A stretch of DNA of 64,000 nucleotides from Podarcis cretensis (GCA_951804945.1 OX638149.1:19034001-19098000); one strand, 5' to 3'; shown: positions 1-13,251, numbered from the stretch's first letter. The notes: a model not told the origin generated them from the letters alone. Translations and numbers: made by a program.

Positions 1-1063
1 TGGTTTCTGTATGGAAAGATGAAACTGGACGGTCTCGGTGGTGAGAGAGGTGACAAATAGCTGTCTAGGGATACCTCAGGGCAAACCAGAACTTGACACT
101 TTTGACACTTTCCTGTTAAATATGGTGGGAGACAAAAAAGGCAAGTTTTGTCTCCACAGGCTAAAGCTGATGAATTCTGGAGCAAACCTAATGAAGGATG
201 AATGTATAAAACTTAAGAGATTCATTGCAAGTAAACACCCAACATTTCAGATGGTTATCTGAGCTGTCCAAATGTCTGAGCCAAGAATGAAAAAGAAAAG
301 TTACGAATATCTCCCTGACAATTCATAAGACCTGTCTGAACCCTTCATTAATTCATTTCCACATTACGGCCAAGGAAACCTTTATTCACTACTGATGATA
401 ACAAGGACCAAAATATTTCAAAAGCATATTGTGAGAGATGCCTCCTAAATTTCTATTAGTCTTCTAATTAAAAACCCTGTTTGAATTGTGTTGTAATTTT
501 TGTAGGAGCTTCAGTCCAAAGCTATGGGGTGTGTATTTTTTAATTAACACAGCAGCAATTTGCAATAGGTAATTTTAAGTTAATTACAATCTTAGCTTTT
601 GCTCAGAGAAAATACTTTTAGGTGTTCCTGTGATCTCTCTCTCTCTCTATGGCTCTGCTTGCACTACACATTTAAAGCAGTATCATACTCTTTAAACAGC
701 CATAGCTTTCCCTAAAGAATCTTGGGAACTGTAGTTTGTGAAGTTCCTGGGAAGACATTCCCCTCACAGAGTAACAATTCTCGGAGTGATTTAACAGTCA
801 GACCCTCTTCCCAGGAAACTGAGGCGGCAGGACTGTCCTTGCTCAACAGACAGCACCCTAACCCTAAAATAGCTATTCACCAGTAACAACAGGCCATATA
901 ACAGAGACACAACACAGGGAGCACACCCTGGTCAGATGCCAACTCTACTATTAACACAGCAACATAATAAAAAAATAAGCAACAGCATCAAGGACTCATT
1001 CAGGTGCTCACCTTCCAGCCTGCCTGGGTTAAAGGGAGCCCTTTGTGTTGTGATACATACAAA

Positions 1064-1425
1064 AAAGGTAAAGGTAAGGGACCCCTGCGGTTGCAGCACT
1101 CATCTCGCTTTTCAGGCCGAGGAGCTGGCATTTGTCCACAGACAGCTTTCTGGGTCATGTGGCCAGCATGACTAAACCGCTTCTGGCGCAATGGAAACAC
1201 TGTGACGGAAACCAGAACGCACAGAACTGCTGTTTACCTTCCCGCTGCAGCGGTACCTATCTATCTACTTGCACTGGCATGCTTTTGAACTGCTAGGTTG
1301 GCAGGAGCTGGGACCCCTGACTTTGCAGGGAACATGTTGCTAGTGGCAACACAGGAGCTCACTCCGTCGCGAGGATTCGAACAGCCGCCCTTCCGATTGG
1401 CAAACCCAAGAGGCTCGGTGGTTTA
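1064..1425 (-). mobile_element. Sauria SINE (diverged, with small internal insertion)
   Basis: (AAAGGT)n tail and Sauria core GTACCTATCTATCTACTTGCAC...AACTGCTAGGTTGGCAGG. Confidence 0.85.
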
Positions 1426-2039
1426 CATTCACATGCTTATCCAAGCATGGGCTTGGTTTTTCTTAGTTGAAGATTACAGCTTCTTCATTAAATATTCAAA
1501 CAAACTGAGTCTTTTCTCTGTTTCCTGTACTTGCACTCAGTTGTCTGTCTATGACCCAGCAAGGTCATGCAGTTCCTTCTGAGAAGTTTCCACTTTCTCC
1601 TTTCAGCAGAGTTCTCCTTACTGTTTCTTTGGGATAACATCAACTTCTGTACTTCTTTCTGTCGCATACACTCACTCAGAAACGTTAGCACCCCCTTCCT
1701 CTATTGCATATAGAGAGGGGGTTATCCAATACCGACTCTCCTTCAGCCTTCATGGAGATGCAGCCACTACAGTCAAGTCACACACAAAACAAAATGGAGA
1801 ATATAATAAGAAGCCTTCCATGTGACCAGAGTTAACCAATCACACGAGAGTTACTGGGGACCATTCCAGAATCAAACATACAGTAATGCATTTGAGCATT
1901 CCCAATTTCAGTATATTAAATCACGATACTTAACAGTCTCTTGGCTTATCTTGAGCTCTGCATAGTATTGTCATACTTTTTCACTTCTTGTCTCTACCTG
2001 TGTATGTATGTAACTGTTAGGTCGAGCATCACACCTGGT

Positions 2040-2128
2040 TATAGCTGTCAACTTTTCCCTCTTTTAAGGAAAATTCCCTTATTCTGAGTAGGATTCCTCG
2101 CAAGAAAAGGGAAAAGTTGACAGCTATG
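2040..2128. mobile_element. 89-bp palindromic hAT MITE
   Basis: TIR ATAGCTGTCAACTTTTCCCT / AGGGAAAAGTTGACAGCTAT; 8-bp TSD CACCTGGT (2032-2039, 2129-2136). Confidence 0.88.
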
Positions 2129-3174
2129 CACCTGGTGCATTGGGTGAAATGGACCATTAATTTAGGGTACCACAAGTCTCATTATTGTTTTTGCTGTAGA
2201 AAGCCAAACAAAACCCCAAAACCGAACACAGCTACTCCTCTGAAAGTTCATATTAAACCAGTTTACAATTACCAACTGCCCGGGGAAAAAATGACATTCT
2301 CTGCTCTTCAGAGCAGCCTTGATGTGCAAAAAATCAGCAGCTGAAGCTTTTCACAGTATGGAAATGAAAATCTTTAGCACCCGCTGATATCTTTACATTG
2401 AGATGCTTTTAAAAGCCACCCCAAATACTGAAAGGCTTTCGGTCTTAAAATTAAAAATAAAATAAAAGCGTAATGGATACAGGTCTCCTTGTTTTTGTTT
2501 TTGTTTCATCTTGCTAAATAAAGGAAGGTGATATCTCAGCAGAGGGCAAACTGCTTGGGCAGGTGGAAATCAAATTCCCGAGGGCAGCTAAACTTTCCTA
2601 ATCAACCAAGAAGCTGCTTTCCGAAGTCCTGGCGACAAACAGCAGGATCCGTTCCTGGGAAGATGCCAAGGCAAGAGTTAGCTCTTCAGGTTAATAGCAC
2701 AAGAGAGGCAAATAAATAAGGTGGGGGGAGTTATCGTTTTTCATGTTTCGGCAGCATATTCTAATTATTTACAATGTCTCCTGGGGGACTCAAGGAGAAC
2801 AAAGCTTACATCTTGGCAGCAAAAAATATATGCAGGAAGCCACCTCGGTTTCATTAGGGGAACAGATTCCAAACAGCAGTACTAGCATGAGACTTAGTCA
2901 TTGACACAATAATAGTCCATTAGTGGTGGATTTATACTGGACCGTCCTCACATTGCTGTGAACAGAGGGGCCAGCTTGAGAGGGAGATGGGGGGTGAGGA
3001 GCAATGTTGTGCGTGTGACATCACACGTGGGCAACGTCAGCTGGGGCTAGAGCTGAAAACAGCAGCAGCATGGCCTCAATGGTTGGTCCTCCTTCTCCTG
3101 CCACTGCCATCGGTGGGGGGCTGCTTCAATCCTCATTCCCCTCCATAGCAGGACGAGGAGTCAGAGCAGGTGGC

Positions 3175-3956
3175 TGTGACGTTAACATGAGAATCCTGGA
3201 GGTGAAATAGTTAAAGAGGCTACCCAATCAGGACCCAGGGGGGTGGAGTGAGAGGGACTATAAAACCAGCTCTGGGAGTTTGGGACAGAGTTTGTGGGTA
3301 GGTTATATGGGATGTGGGTGGCGCTGTGGGTTAAACCACAGAGCCTAGGACTTGCCGATTAGAAGGTCAGCAGTTCGAATCCCCACAACGGGGTGAGCTC
3401 CCATTGCTCGGTCCCAGCTCCTACCCACCTAGCAGTTTGAAAGCACGTCAAAGTGCAAGTAGATAAATAGGTACCACTCCGGCGGGAAGGTAAACGGCGT
3501 TTCCGTGCGCTGCTCTGGTTCACCAGAAGCGACTTAGCCGATAAAGCGAGATGAGCACCGCAACCCCGGAGTCGCCTGCGACTGGACCTAATGGTCAGGG
3601 GTCCCTTTACCTTTACCTTGTGGGTAGGATGAGTTAGTGTAGCGAAATAAGCTGAGTCAGGAACAGTTAGGGGCTAGGAAGACAAGTAAATATCTGAGAG
3701 GTGGTTTAGTGAGAGAGCAGGTAGTGGAAGTTATCAGTCTGAATAGGCACCCCATGATTGTAATTGACCGATACCGTTTATGAAACCACACGCTTGTTAA
3801 ACTGCAATAAATAAACAGAGGTTTATGTTCCAATTTAACCCTGACTGGACTCAGTATTGTACCAGGTAGGGCCTGGGTGGTGGCAACGAGAAATAAAGTG
3901 GTGGCACAGGGATCAATAGACGGTGAAACGTCCGGGGACCCTGTGTGATCGCCACA
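3175..3956 (+). mobile_element. Solo LTR interrupted by a Sauria SINE
   Basis: TGTGACG...CGCCACA termini; 5-bp TSD GTGGC/GCGGC; CCAAT 3224, TATAAAA 3259, AATAAA 3806 in LTR order. Confidence 0.8.
3309..3619 (+). mobile_element. Sauria SINE (internal deletion) inside solo LTR
   Basis: tRNA-like head GGTGGCGCTGTGG...GTTCGAATCC, (ACCTTT)n tail, TSD ~TGTGGGTAGG. Confidence 0.92.
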
Positions 3957-4164
3957 GCGGCCACTTGAAGCTGTGCCACACTCAGCTCTGCGCTCGGCCT
4001 CCTCTGCCCCCTGGTTTCTTGGGAAATTGGGGCGGGTGGCAAAAAGGCTCTGTCCCCCTGAGGTGTTGCCTCTGGGCTGTGAACAAAATGGGACTTACTT
4101 CTAAGCATAGGATCATGTGGCTTGTTGCCTGTGCAAAAGATATCGGGTGGCACCAGAGCGTATG

Positions 4165-4607
4165 TTTATTTTTATTTTTATCCGCCCATCATCAACAGGT
4201 CCTCAGGGCAGATTACAACAATTTAAAAATCAGGATTTAAAACTCGTAAGGCGAATTACGGTTGCATGAATAAGGGTGGGTCATAAAAACACTCATCTCA
4301 GGCCAGGGTAAAAGGGGTACACCTTCAGCATTTGCCAAAAGCTGTATGCTGGCAGTTCCAGATATTCCTCTGTGGGGAGAGAATTCAATAACTTAGTACC
4401 TGAGGGTGCCCTCTCCCGGGCCACCACTCCCCCCAGACCTCTGGGGGCAGTGGAACTACCAACAGTACCCCTTCTGCTGAGCTTAACACCTGAGAGAGTC
4501 TGTAGGGAAGGAGGTGATCTCTCATATATTTGGGGTCTGAGTCATTTAAGGCTTTCAACACTAGTGTGAGCACCTGTAACTAGGCCCGGAATTGAACCAG
4601 CAGCCAA
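4165..4607 (-). mobile_element. L2 LINE 3' fragment (diverged)
   Basis: Translation LKALNDSDPKYMRDHLLPY...LSSAE..LLVVP. Confidence 0.7.
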
Positions 4608-5266
4608 ATATGAATGCCAAGGTTTGGGTTACTTGGATCTGCATCCTAACCTTTCCATGCCTCACAACTGCTCCCACTGCAGCCTTTCAGAGGCTGTGGC
4701 AAAAGGGCCGTAATTTAGGGCTCCCTCATAAACACAGCTCCAAAACATAATTGGCCTGATTTCCACACTGCAGCAGCAATTTCTAATTATTTTACTAAGA
4801 AGTTGACTCCATCGGAGCAGCGCTGTTGCTGACAGCCTCACTCATCTGTCCCAAACTGCAGAGCTTTCATTGGCACCTCAGCATCCCGACACTCAGGCTA
4901 TGAGCTGTTTCCAGTGCCAGGGCTCAGTGGGGTGACCAGATGCCATCTACTCTAAGGCTCTTGTATCTCTTTAATGGCTGTGTGGAAGAGGGGAGTTTGG
5001 CAGCTCGGCTCGCTGCTCGCGAGGGCTGAGCAAAGCTGCACCTGCTGCAATGTCAACTTTATGAAGGTTTTCAAGGTACAGGAAGCCTGCCTTCTGTCAT
5101 GGAGCCTTGGCGTGGAAAGAAAGCTTCCAAGCCAAGAGTCCTTCCAAGGTGCCCAGATTCAAATTAAAGCTCCTTGATTTGAAGAATGGCTGGCAGGAGG
5201 GCTGAACTGAAAGGAAATATTCTTCCTTAGTAGAAGGTTTGGAAGCAACCTACAGGTGTGTGGTGA

Positions 5267-5526
5267 CAGAGGGCCAGCCCAAGGGATTTTGCTGCCTGAA
5301 GCAAAGCTCAAGAAGTTGTCTCCTCGTGGTCCCCTTTCATGTACAGAAGCTCAGCAGAACATCTTGTTTCAACATCCTCTATCGCAGCCCAAGGGCAGTG
5401 GCCTAGTTAAGTGGGCGCAGGACAGAATGCATGGCACAGACCATAGAGCTCTCTCCACTTGCTGCCCCTCAGTATTTGCCGCCTGAGGCAGCTGCCTCAC
5501 CCTGCCTCATGGTAGGGCCATTCCTG
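5267..5526. mobile_element. hAT-type MITE
   Basis: 8-bp TSD TGTGGTGA (5259-5266, 5527-5534); CAG...CTG termini. Confidence 0.75.
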
Positions 5527-5661
5527 TGTGGTGAGGTTACTCTCAAAGCTATGGAAATGTCATCATCAGCCCACCCTGCACCCTAAATTCTCGGGGTGGG
5601 TTAAAGCAATTGGAGCACAGTATTAAAATCAGTTTAAAACAACTTACAATCACAGAAATTA

Positions 5662-5986
5662 GGTTAAACCACAGAGCCTAGGACTTGCTGATCAGAAGGT
5701 TGGCGGTTCGAATCCCTGCGATGGGTGAGCTCCCGTTGCTCAGTCCCTGCTCCTGCCAACCTAGCACGTCAAAGTGCAAGTAGATAAATAGGTACCACTC
5801 CAGCGGGAAGGTAAACGGCGTTTCTGTGCGCTGCTCTGGTTCGCCAGAAGCGGCTTAGTCATGCTGGCCACATGACCCGGAAGCTGTATGCATGCTCCCT
5901 CGGCCAATAAAGCGAGATGAGCGCCGCAACCCCAGAGTCGGCCATGACTGGACCTAATGGTCAGGGGTCCCTTTACCTTTACCTTT
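5662..5986 (+). mobile_element. Sauria SINE (5'-truncated)
   Basis: Same consensus as the 3309 copy; (ACCTTT)n tail. Confidence 0.92.
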
Positions 5987-6397
5987 AAAAATATACATCT
6001 CAAAAGCCAGGATACAGAGGTACACCTTCAGCATTCAGTATAATGTGGTATAATGAGTGTGCCGGATGCTCCCCCTGAGGGGAGGGAGTTCCACGACTAA
6101 AGATACGTAATGAAGGCAACAGGCGAGTCTCCTTGGGGAGTGCCACCACAGAAAAGGCCTGTTCTCGTGTTCCAACTCTCCAGGACTCTTGTGGAGGGAG
6201 AGCACAAAGAAGGGGCTTAGATGATGATCACAGGGCCATAAAAAGGTATTTAATCCACACTCCTCACACACCAGTACATGAATCAAGCAAGACACAGCTA
6301 TCCGATACACACAGATATGTACAAAACTGTATATATTGGGGGAGGGAGAAGTATGCAGTAAACGCAGACATTAGTAAAATATCATCAAAATGCATTA

Positions 6398-6634
6398 CAG
6401 TGGTACCTCTGGATGTGAACGGGATCTGTTCCGGAGCCCTGTTCACATCCTGAAGCGAACACAACCCACGTCCGCGCAGGTCGTGAGTTGCCACTTCCAC
6501 TCATGCGCGTGACGTCATTTTGAGCGTCTGCGCATGAACGAGTGGCAAAACCTGGAAGTAATGCTCTCCGTTACTTCCGTGTCACCATGGAGTGTAACCT
6601 GAAAATGCTCAACCTGAAGCACATTTAACCCGAG
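6398..6634. mobile_element. Tc1/mariner MITE truncated by a Sauria SINE
   Basis: TA|CAGTGGTACCTC left end; the right end ...TTAACCCGAGG abuts the SINE. Confidence 0.7.
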
Positions 6635-6999
6635 GCAGGTGGCGCTGTGGGTTAAAGCCTCAGCGCCTAGGACTTGCCGATCGAAAGGTTGGTGGTTCGA
6701 ATCCCTGCGGCGGGGTGCGCTCCCGCTGCTCGGTCCCAGCGCCTGCCAACCTAGCAGTTCGAAAGCACCTCCGGGTGCAAGTAGATAAATAGGGACCGCT
6801 TACCAGCGGGAAGGTAAACGGCGTTTCCGTGTGCGGCTCTGGCTCGCCAGATGCAGCTTTGTCACGCTGGCCACGTGACCCGGAAGTGTCTCCGGACAGC
6901 GCTGGCCCCTGGCCTCTTAAGTGAGATGGGCGCACAACCCCAGAGTCTGTCAAGACTGGCCCGTAGGGGCAGGGGTACCTTTACCTTTACCTTTACCTT
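6635..6999 (+). mobile_element. Sauria SINE, second subfamily
   Basis: Diagnostic GGAAGTGTCTCCGGACAGCGCTGGCCCC segment; (ACCTTT)n tail. Confidence 0.92.
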
Positions 7000-8284
7000 A
7001 TGGCTGTATCTTAGAGGAAATTGCTTTGCAAAAATGCGCAGGTTCTTCAAAGCTGCATACAAAAATGTGTTTGTTAGGAGAAATTTGCGCTAAAATGCTG
7101 TCAAATTTTCATTAAGTTTTAAAATTATTATTATTGCAAACACTGTATCTGCAGAAGTGCAGAGAGTTGAATTTAAGAATGGGGGGGGGGGGGTGTGGCG
7201 GAACTGAAATTTACAGATTCATCCACCCCTACCTCCAACTCATTCTCTCAGCTTTGCAAAAACAACAAACCAACTCTGCAGCGTGCTTACAAAAGTATTT
7301 ACAGCTCACAGAGCACCTTTTTGCACTGCCAATTCCTTCCTTGCCAGTTTTCAGCTCAGTTCCCTGCTATTGACTGTAAGAAAAGAGCCAGGAGTCTCGG
7401 CTGCCTGGGTTTTCAACTGATGCTGGTGCTAACAGCCCTGATGTATGCTTTTCCATCACCACAATTTGCAGCTAGTTAAATAAAGCTGGCTTTATGAGCA
7501 ACTGTTACAGCCACCTTAGGCTACACAGGTGTGCTAGGAGCTGTTTGGATGATGCTGGGACTACAGTAGCTGAATTAGGGGGAAGTTACTTTAGTCTTAG
7601 AGCACCCCTTAAAGAATAATCATGGAAGAGATCAGGCACAACCAAGACTGAACACCTGAGACAGTTTTCAGTGCAAAGGCTTAGTTCCAGAATGTGCAAA
7701 GTGGCGTTATTAATTTTTTCTTGTACTGATATTACTGGCTAAAGGGCAATTTACCAATCAAATTGGCTAAATCCTTCCCCATAAATTTGTGTTCCTATTC
7801 TACAGTAGAATCTAAATTGAAAACTATATATCCTGACTTTCAGGCTCAGCCTATGCATTCCTTACAGGTTGGGTAGTCTCTCCAGGCCACGTAATCTTTC
7901 TGTTTTACACAGAACATCACATAAAATTCAGCTAGGTTTATCTGGCCAAGTCATTTCGCAGCTGGGACAATAGAAGATCTACATTTGCTACTTCACTTCA
8001 TCCAGTCTCACCATGAAGTACAGGGTGTATAAAACAGCATTGAGGCATCTGCGTCCGACAAACTTGAACATGGGAAAGTTAAGCATGTGTTCAGATGTGT
8101 TTCTTTGACATCAATATGTGTGTGGAAGGGTGTGTGTGTGTCTGCCCACACCTTAGGAACGACGATGCTCAAGGTGTGTATGGTGTAAGTCTAACAAAAC
8201 CGAAAATTCACGGGTGTGTGCTTAATACAAATTAAAACCTTTGGGTTGGGGGAAGAAATGAAGACTGTGTGTATGCTGGAACGA

Positions 8285-8495
8285 TAGTATGGTGTTGTGG
8301 TTAGAGTGTCATTCTAGAACCTGGGTTCAGATCCCCAGTCAGCTCTGAATCTCACTGAGGGACCCGGGGGGCAGTCATGGCCTCTCAGTCTAATCTACCT
8401 CACAGGGGTTTTGGGAGGATAAAATCAGGAGGGTGATATTTATGTATACCGCCTTGAGCTCTTTGGAGAAAATGTGAGGTATAAATGTAATAAAT
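8285..8495 (+). mobile_element. Older Squam3/MIR-like SINE
   Basis: Degenerate TGGTGTTGTGGTTAGAG...GGGTTCAGATCCC...CTACCTCACAGGG; similar copy at ~14392-14580. Confidence 0.6.
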
Positions 8496-8500
8496 AAGTA

Positions 8501-8877
8501 AAGGTAAAGGTAAAGATACCCCTGCCCGTACGGGCCAGTCTTGACAGACTCTGGGGTTGTGTGCCCATCTCACTCAAGAGGCCAGGGGCCAGCGCTGTCC
8601 GGAGACACTTCCGGGTCACGTGGCCAGCGTGACATTGCTGCTCTGGCCAGAGCCAGAGCCAGAGCCAGAGCCGCACACGGAAACGCCGTTTACCTTCCCG
8701 CTGGTAAGCGGTCCCTATTTATCTACTTGCACCCGGAGGTGCTTTCGAACTGCTAGGTTGGCAGGCGCTGGGACCAAGCAGCAGGAGCGCACCCCGCCAC
8801 GGGGATTCGAACCGCCGACCTTTCGATCGGCAAGCCCTAGGCGCTGAGGCTTTTACCCACAGTGCCACCCGCGTCCC
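8501..8877 (-). mobile_element. Sauria SINE, second subfamily, full length
   Basis: 13-bp TSD TAATAAATAAGTA; internal (GCCAGA)x4 expansion. Confidence 0.95.
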
Positions 8878-9160
8878 ATAATAAATAAGTACATAGTATA
8901 TATTTTTTTACTCTGTGTAAAACTTAGTTGAGCACCACCTAAAATATTATATTTTCTTTTGAACTATTATTGGTTTTTCTTATGTGAACATTCATTTGAA
9001 TAAAAAAGTCAGTTGACTACAGCTCATCTGATTAAATTGGCTAATGTTTCTTTAGTCAGCAACCAGCACTCCCCCACATAAACATTTATATCTTTAAGGG
9101 GTGCCAACTTGAAGAAAATATGGGGGCGGGTGGATAATCAATCACAGTGTGGTGATTGAA

Positions 9161-9398
9161 AGCCAGTGTGGTGTAGTGGTTAAGAGCGGTAGACTTGTAA
9201 TCTGATGAACCGGGTTCAATTCCCCGCTCCTCCACATGTGGCTGCTGGGTGACCTTGGGCTAGTCACCCTTCTTTGAAGTCTCTCAGCCTCACTCACCTC
9301 ACAGAGTGTTTGTTGTGGGGGAGGAAGGGAAAGGAGAATGTTAGCCATTTTGAGACTCCGGGTAGTGATAAAGCAGGATATCAAATCCAAACTCTTCT
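9161..9398 (+). mobile_element. tRNA-derived SINE (Squam3-like)
   Basis: Head GCCAGTGTGGTGTAGTGGTTAAGAG...GGTTCAATTCC; shared with copies at 15890 and 21611. Confidence 0.85.
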
Positions 9399-10411
9399 AC
9401 AAGATGCAGCACACACACAGCATTTGAATGGCAATGCCCATCAATTGGGGGGCTGCCCCCCTCAATTATTGTATTTGGGGTTGGGCAAAGGGACCCTAGT
9501 CTCTAGGTGTTAGCTCCTATGATATCTTCTGAAGCTCTTTGCTATAGCTTGATTGCCTGGGTTTTCCCCAGAGTGCCTGCAGTCTTTTTTTTTTTTGAGC
9601 TGCTTAAATTTGTAGATCTCTGAGAATCGGAAGATGGCAGTGGTTCTTTTCTGCATTAGGCCATCCCCGCCAAACCCATTTCTCCCTTCGCCGTGTCCGC
9701 CTCTGCACTAGTGCAAATCTGCGTAGAAATAAGTTGCCTCAAGACGGGCTTTCTGGTTTATGACTCTGACCTATGGACGCCAATGTGACAGAGCCTAATT
9801 GGCTTTTATAGATGGGGCCATCAGGACGGTAATTATCACTGAGTACATGCCTGCCGTTTGTCCAGGTGCCAGGACAGGAAATGTATGCGAGGCCCCTTTT
9901 TCTGTTGCTGATGTAGGGCATTAAGAGCAAAAGAAGTCTTGGGAAGTAAATGGCTGAACCCAGCTCAGGTTCAGTTGAGTCATTACTCCTTAGCGCCCAG
10001 CCTTTGTTTGTTTTCTATTTTTCAGTGGAGATCCTTTGCCACAAGAGGTTAAAGATTACTGAGATAACTCTCAATAACTGTGCCTGGCTGTTGTGACTTT
10101 TGACTTATAATTATAACTCGAGCGGGTTGCCTGAGAGTGATCTGGGTTGAATCTTATCCACTATCGCGTCGCCGGAGGAAAAGCAAGTGGCAAAGGAACG
10201 CATTAAAACCTTAACTCTTTATTAATATCTAAGAGGGGAGAAGCACAGTCACAACCCACCCCCCAAGTGTCCCTTTTTTCCAGGGACAGTCCTGGATTTA
10301 CAGAAGCAATCCCAGTTTATGATTTGATCCTGGAATGTCCAGCTTTTCCTCAGGAAGCCCCTATTTTCATCAGAGAAATGTTGGAGGGTATGCAGCTATC
10401 TGACCCCCCGG

Positions 10412-11245
10412 AGCCACATATCCAACTCAATGGTGTAATGTTGGAAAATGTTGATTGCTTCTCCTACCTAGGCGGTTATCTTTCCACAAGGGCCAACACT
10501 GATGCTGAAATCCAGCATCGTCTGAGCTCTGCGGGTGCGGATTTCTCCCGATTGAAGTGCAGAGTGTTTGAGGACCGGCACATTCGCAGGGAAATCAAAA
10601 TGCTTGTTTATAAGGCTATTGTACTACCAACCTTACTGTATGTTTGTGAAACGTGGACCACTTATAAACGCAATCTCCAACTCCTCAAAAAATTGCATCA
10701 ACGGTGTCTCCAAAAAATCTTACACATCACTTGGAAAGACAGGCAAACTAATATCAGTGTACTGGATGAAGCAAAGATCCCCAGTGTCAAAGCAATGATT
10801 CTTCAACATCAACTTCATTGGACTGGTCATGTTGTGTGGATGCCTGATTATCGTCTTCCAAAGCAAATACTCTATTCCGAACTTAAAAATGGAAAGATTA
10901 ATGCTGGTGGTCAACAAAAGAGGTTTAAAGACCGTCTCAAGGCAAATCTTTAAAAATGTAGTATAAACACCAGCAATTGGGAAACACTTGCCTGCGAGCA
11001 CTCCAATTGGAGAACAGCCTCAGAACTCAGAACACAAGGAAGAAATGTACTAAGAGGAAGGCAACCTTGGCAAACCCTCACCATTATCAACTCCCACCTG
11101 GAAACCAATATCCCCACTGTGGAAGTACATGTGGATCCAGAACTGGCCTCCTCGTTCACTTACGGACTCATTGTTAAAACTGTGTTTATAGAAGACAATC
11201 TTACTCGGCTACGAGTGATCACCAAAGAATAATAATAATAAGATA
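10412..11245 (+). mobile_element. RTE-clade LINE 3' fragment (non-Bov-B, RTE-1 type)
   Basis: LENVDCFSYLG...YKAIVLPTLLYVCETWT...L.WTGHV..MPD.RLPKQILY, then a degenerate C-terminal Zn-finger (PHCGSTCGSRTGLLVHLRTH) and a (TAA)n tail. Confidence 0.88.
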
Positions 11246-11403
11246 ATATATTGTAAAATATGCCTAAGAAGATACACACAAAACCCAGAGGTTTTTAAAA
11301 CAAAACAAACATGCATCATAAAATTACGTGTCTGGGTAAGCAAAATTTTTTTAAGCCGGCATCAGAAACAGTACAACGAAGGCTCCTGCTTGATATCAAT
11401 ACA

Positions 11404-11652
11404 TGTTGTTGTTGTTGTTGTTGTTTAGTTGTGTCTGACTCTTTGTGACCCCATGGACTAGAGCACGCCAGGCACTCCTGTCTTCCACTGCCTCCCACAG
11501 TTTGGTCAAACTCATGTTGGTAGCTTTGAGAACACTGTCCAACCATCTCGTCCTTTGTCGTCCCCTTCTCCTTGTGCCCAACTTCAGGGTCTTTTCCAGG
11601 GAGTCTTCTCTTCTCATGAGGTGGCCAAAGTATTGGAGCCTCAGCTTCAATA
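11404..11652 (-). mobile_element. Bov-B LINE 3' end with (CAA)n tail
   Basis: LKLRLQYFGHLMRREDSLEKTL...AWRALVHGVTKS; (TTG)n on the + strand. Confidence 0.9.
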
Positions 11653-11871
11653 CATAGAGAATTCCAACAAGCAGGTGATGCCATACTAAAAGAGCAATTC
11701 CTCGCATGTGTGCAACACACATTACGTGGCACTTCGGAGATTCCTGATTCCTGAGGCTGAAGCGGATGAGTGGCCAAACCCATGAGGTAAGAGCTTCCTT
11801 CAACTAAACTGCCCCCCCCATCTGTTGAGGACTTTATACACTAGCAGAAACACCTTGAATTTCAACAGCAG

Positions 11872-12224
11872 CATACCCTTCAACATTTCTCCGATGAAAA
11901 TAGGGACGTCCCATTCCATAATGATAATTTTACTATTTATATCCCACATATCTTATTGGGTTACCCCAGCCACTCTGGGCGACTTCCCAACATATATAAA
12001 AACAAAATAAAACAGCCAACTTTTTTAAAAAAAACCACATTTCCCTATACAGGATTGCCTTCAGACAGGACAGGAGTCAAATACCTCCATAGCCTCCAAC
12101 ATTTCTCCAATGAAAACAGGAACATCCTAAGGAAAAGTGGGACATTTCAAGATCAAATAAAAAACTGGGACAGCTTCTCTAAGTTAGGGAAGTCCCTGGA
12201 AAATAGGGGCATTTGGAGGGTTTG
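11872..12224. mobile_element. Composite non-autonomous DNA element carrying an L2 tail
   Basis: Termini CATACCCTTCAA / TTGGAGGGTTTG; two CCAACATTTCTCC..TGAAAA.AGGGAC units flank an L2 3' UTR piece. Relatives at 10256-10410 and 28025-30190. Confidence 0.65.
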
Positions 12225-12642
12225 CAACAGATGGAGACACAGAAACTGTGGTGTTGAAATTCCTCCCAGCAGGCCCAAAGTGGCAGAAAGAGCTTCACCT
12301 GGGATTTTATTGGGAAGGTGAAAGTTTATCAGGCTGTGGCTAAATTCGTAGGAGGGTCAGCTCAAAAAAGAAGGAAAAAACGGGGCAACTCTAAAAGTTG
12401 AGGGATTCCCAAAAGTCAGCCACTGGGGAACAGAGTGCTGAACCAGGTGAGTCTTTTGTTTGATCCAGCAGGGCTCTTTTCATATTCTTAAATGTGACGA
12501 TGATATTATAATATTATAAAACAATCTTAGTCATGGGGATTTGTGAACCCTTTCAGTTAATTTAATTTGAGATGAAGCTTAAAGGAAGAACACTCTGATC
12601 CAATTTATCAGGCAGGGGACACAGGGCTGATAGATTGTGTAG

Positions 12643-12644
<2 letters not shown>

Positions 12645-12683
<39 letters not shown>
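12645..12683. repeat. (TG)n microsatellite
   Basis: Direct read. Confidence 0.95.
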
Positions 12684-12685
<2 letters not shown>

Positions 12686-12775
12686 GTGATCTGTCATTAA
12701 ACCACCAGAAGGATTACTGGGTCGAAATTTGGGATATAAATCTTCCAAGTAAATAAATAGGTGCACACAGTACTA

Positions 12776-12966
12776 CAGTGGTACCTTGGGTTACAGACAC
12801 TTAAGGTTACAGACTCCGGTTAGGACCTCGGGTTTGCTTCAGGATGAGAACAGAAATCGTACTCCGGCGGCGTGGCAGCAGTAGGAGGCCCCATTAGCTA
12901 AAGTGGTGCTTCAGGTTAAGAACGAACCACCAGAACGAATTAAGTTCTTAACCCGAGGTACCACTG
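12776..12966. mobile_element. Tc1/mariner (Tigger/pogo-like) MITE
   Basis: TA|CAGTGGTACCT...AGGTACCACTG|TA. Confidence 0.88.
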
Positions 12967-13251
12967 TATTTTTCTAGAAAATGAGGTGCCGGAACTCACC
13001 ACGAACACTTCTTTGTTCACCTGAGATGTGCTGGAACTGAGTTCCAGCTGGGGGGAAAGGCCCTGAGTGTACATAAATTTGCACATCTGCTGTTTTCTTG
13101 ATGTTCACTTCTTTGTAGGGGTGCTGACTCTTTTTCCTTTCGGAGCTCCTATGGATCAGGCAGAAATTCGTTAGGAAAACTGGAAACAGGAAAACAGGAA
13201 AACTGTTCCACGACATATACAGTGGTACCTCAGGTTATGTACTTAACTGTA

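Noticed and set aside
38-262. Possible ancient CR1 reverse-transcriptase remnant (EVT..GIPQG)
   Set aside because: Similarity too degenerate to support by eye; needs a profile search.
9161-9235. tRNA genes at SINE heads (also 3309, 16307, 21268, 21611)
   Set aside because: A/B boxes continue into SINE bodies with tails and TSDs; no complete cloverleaf.
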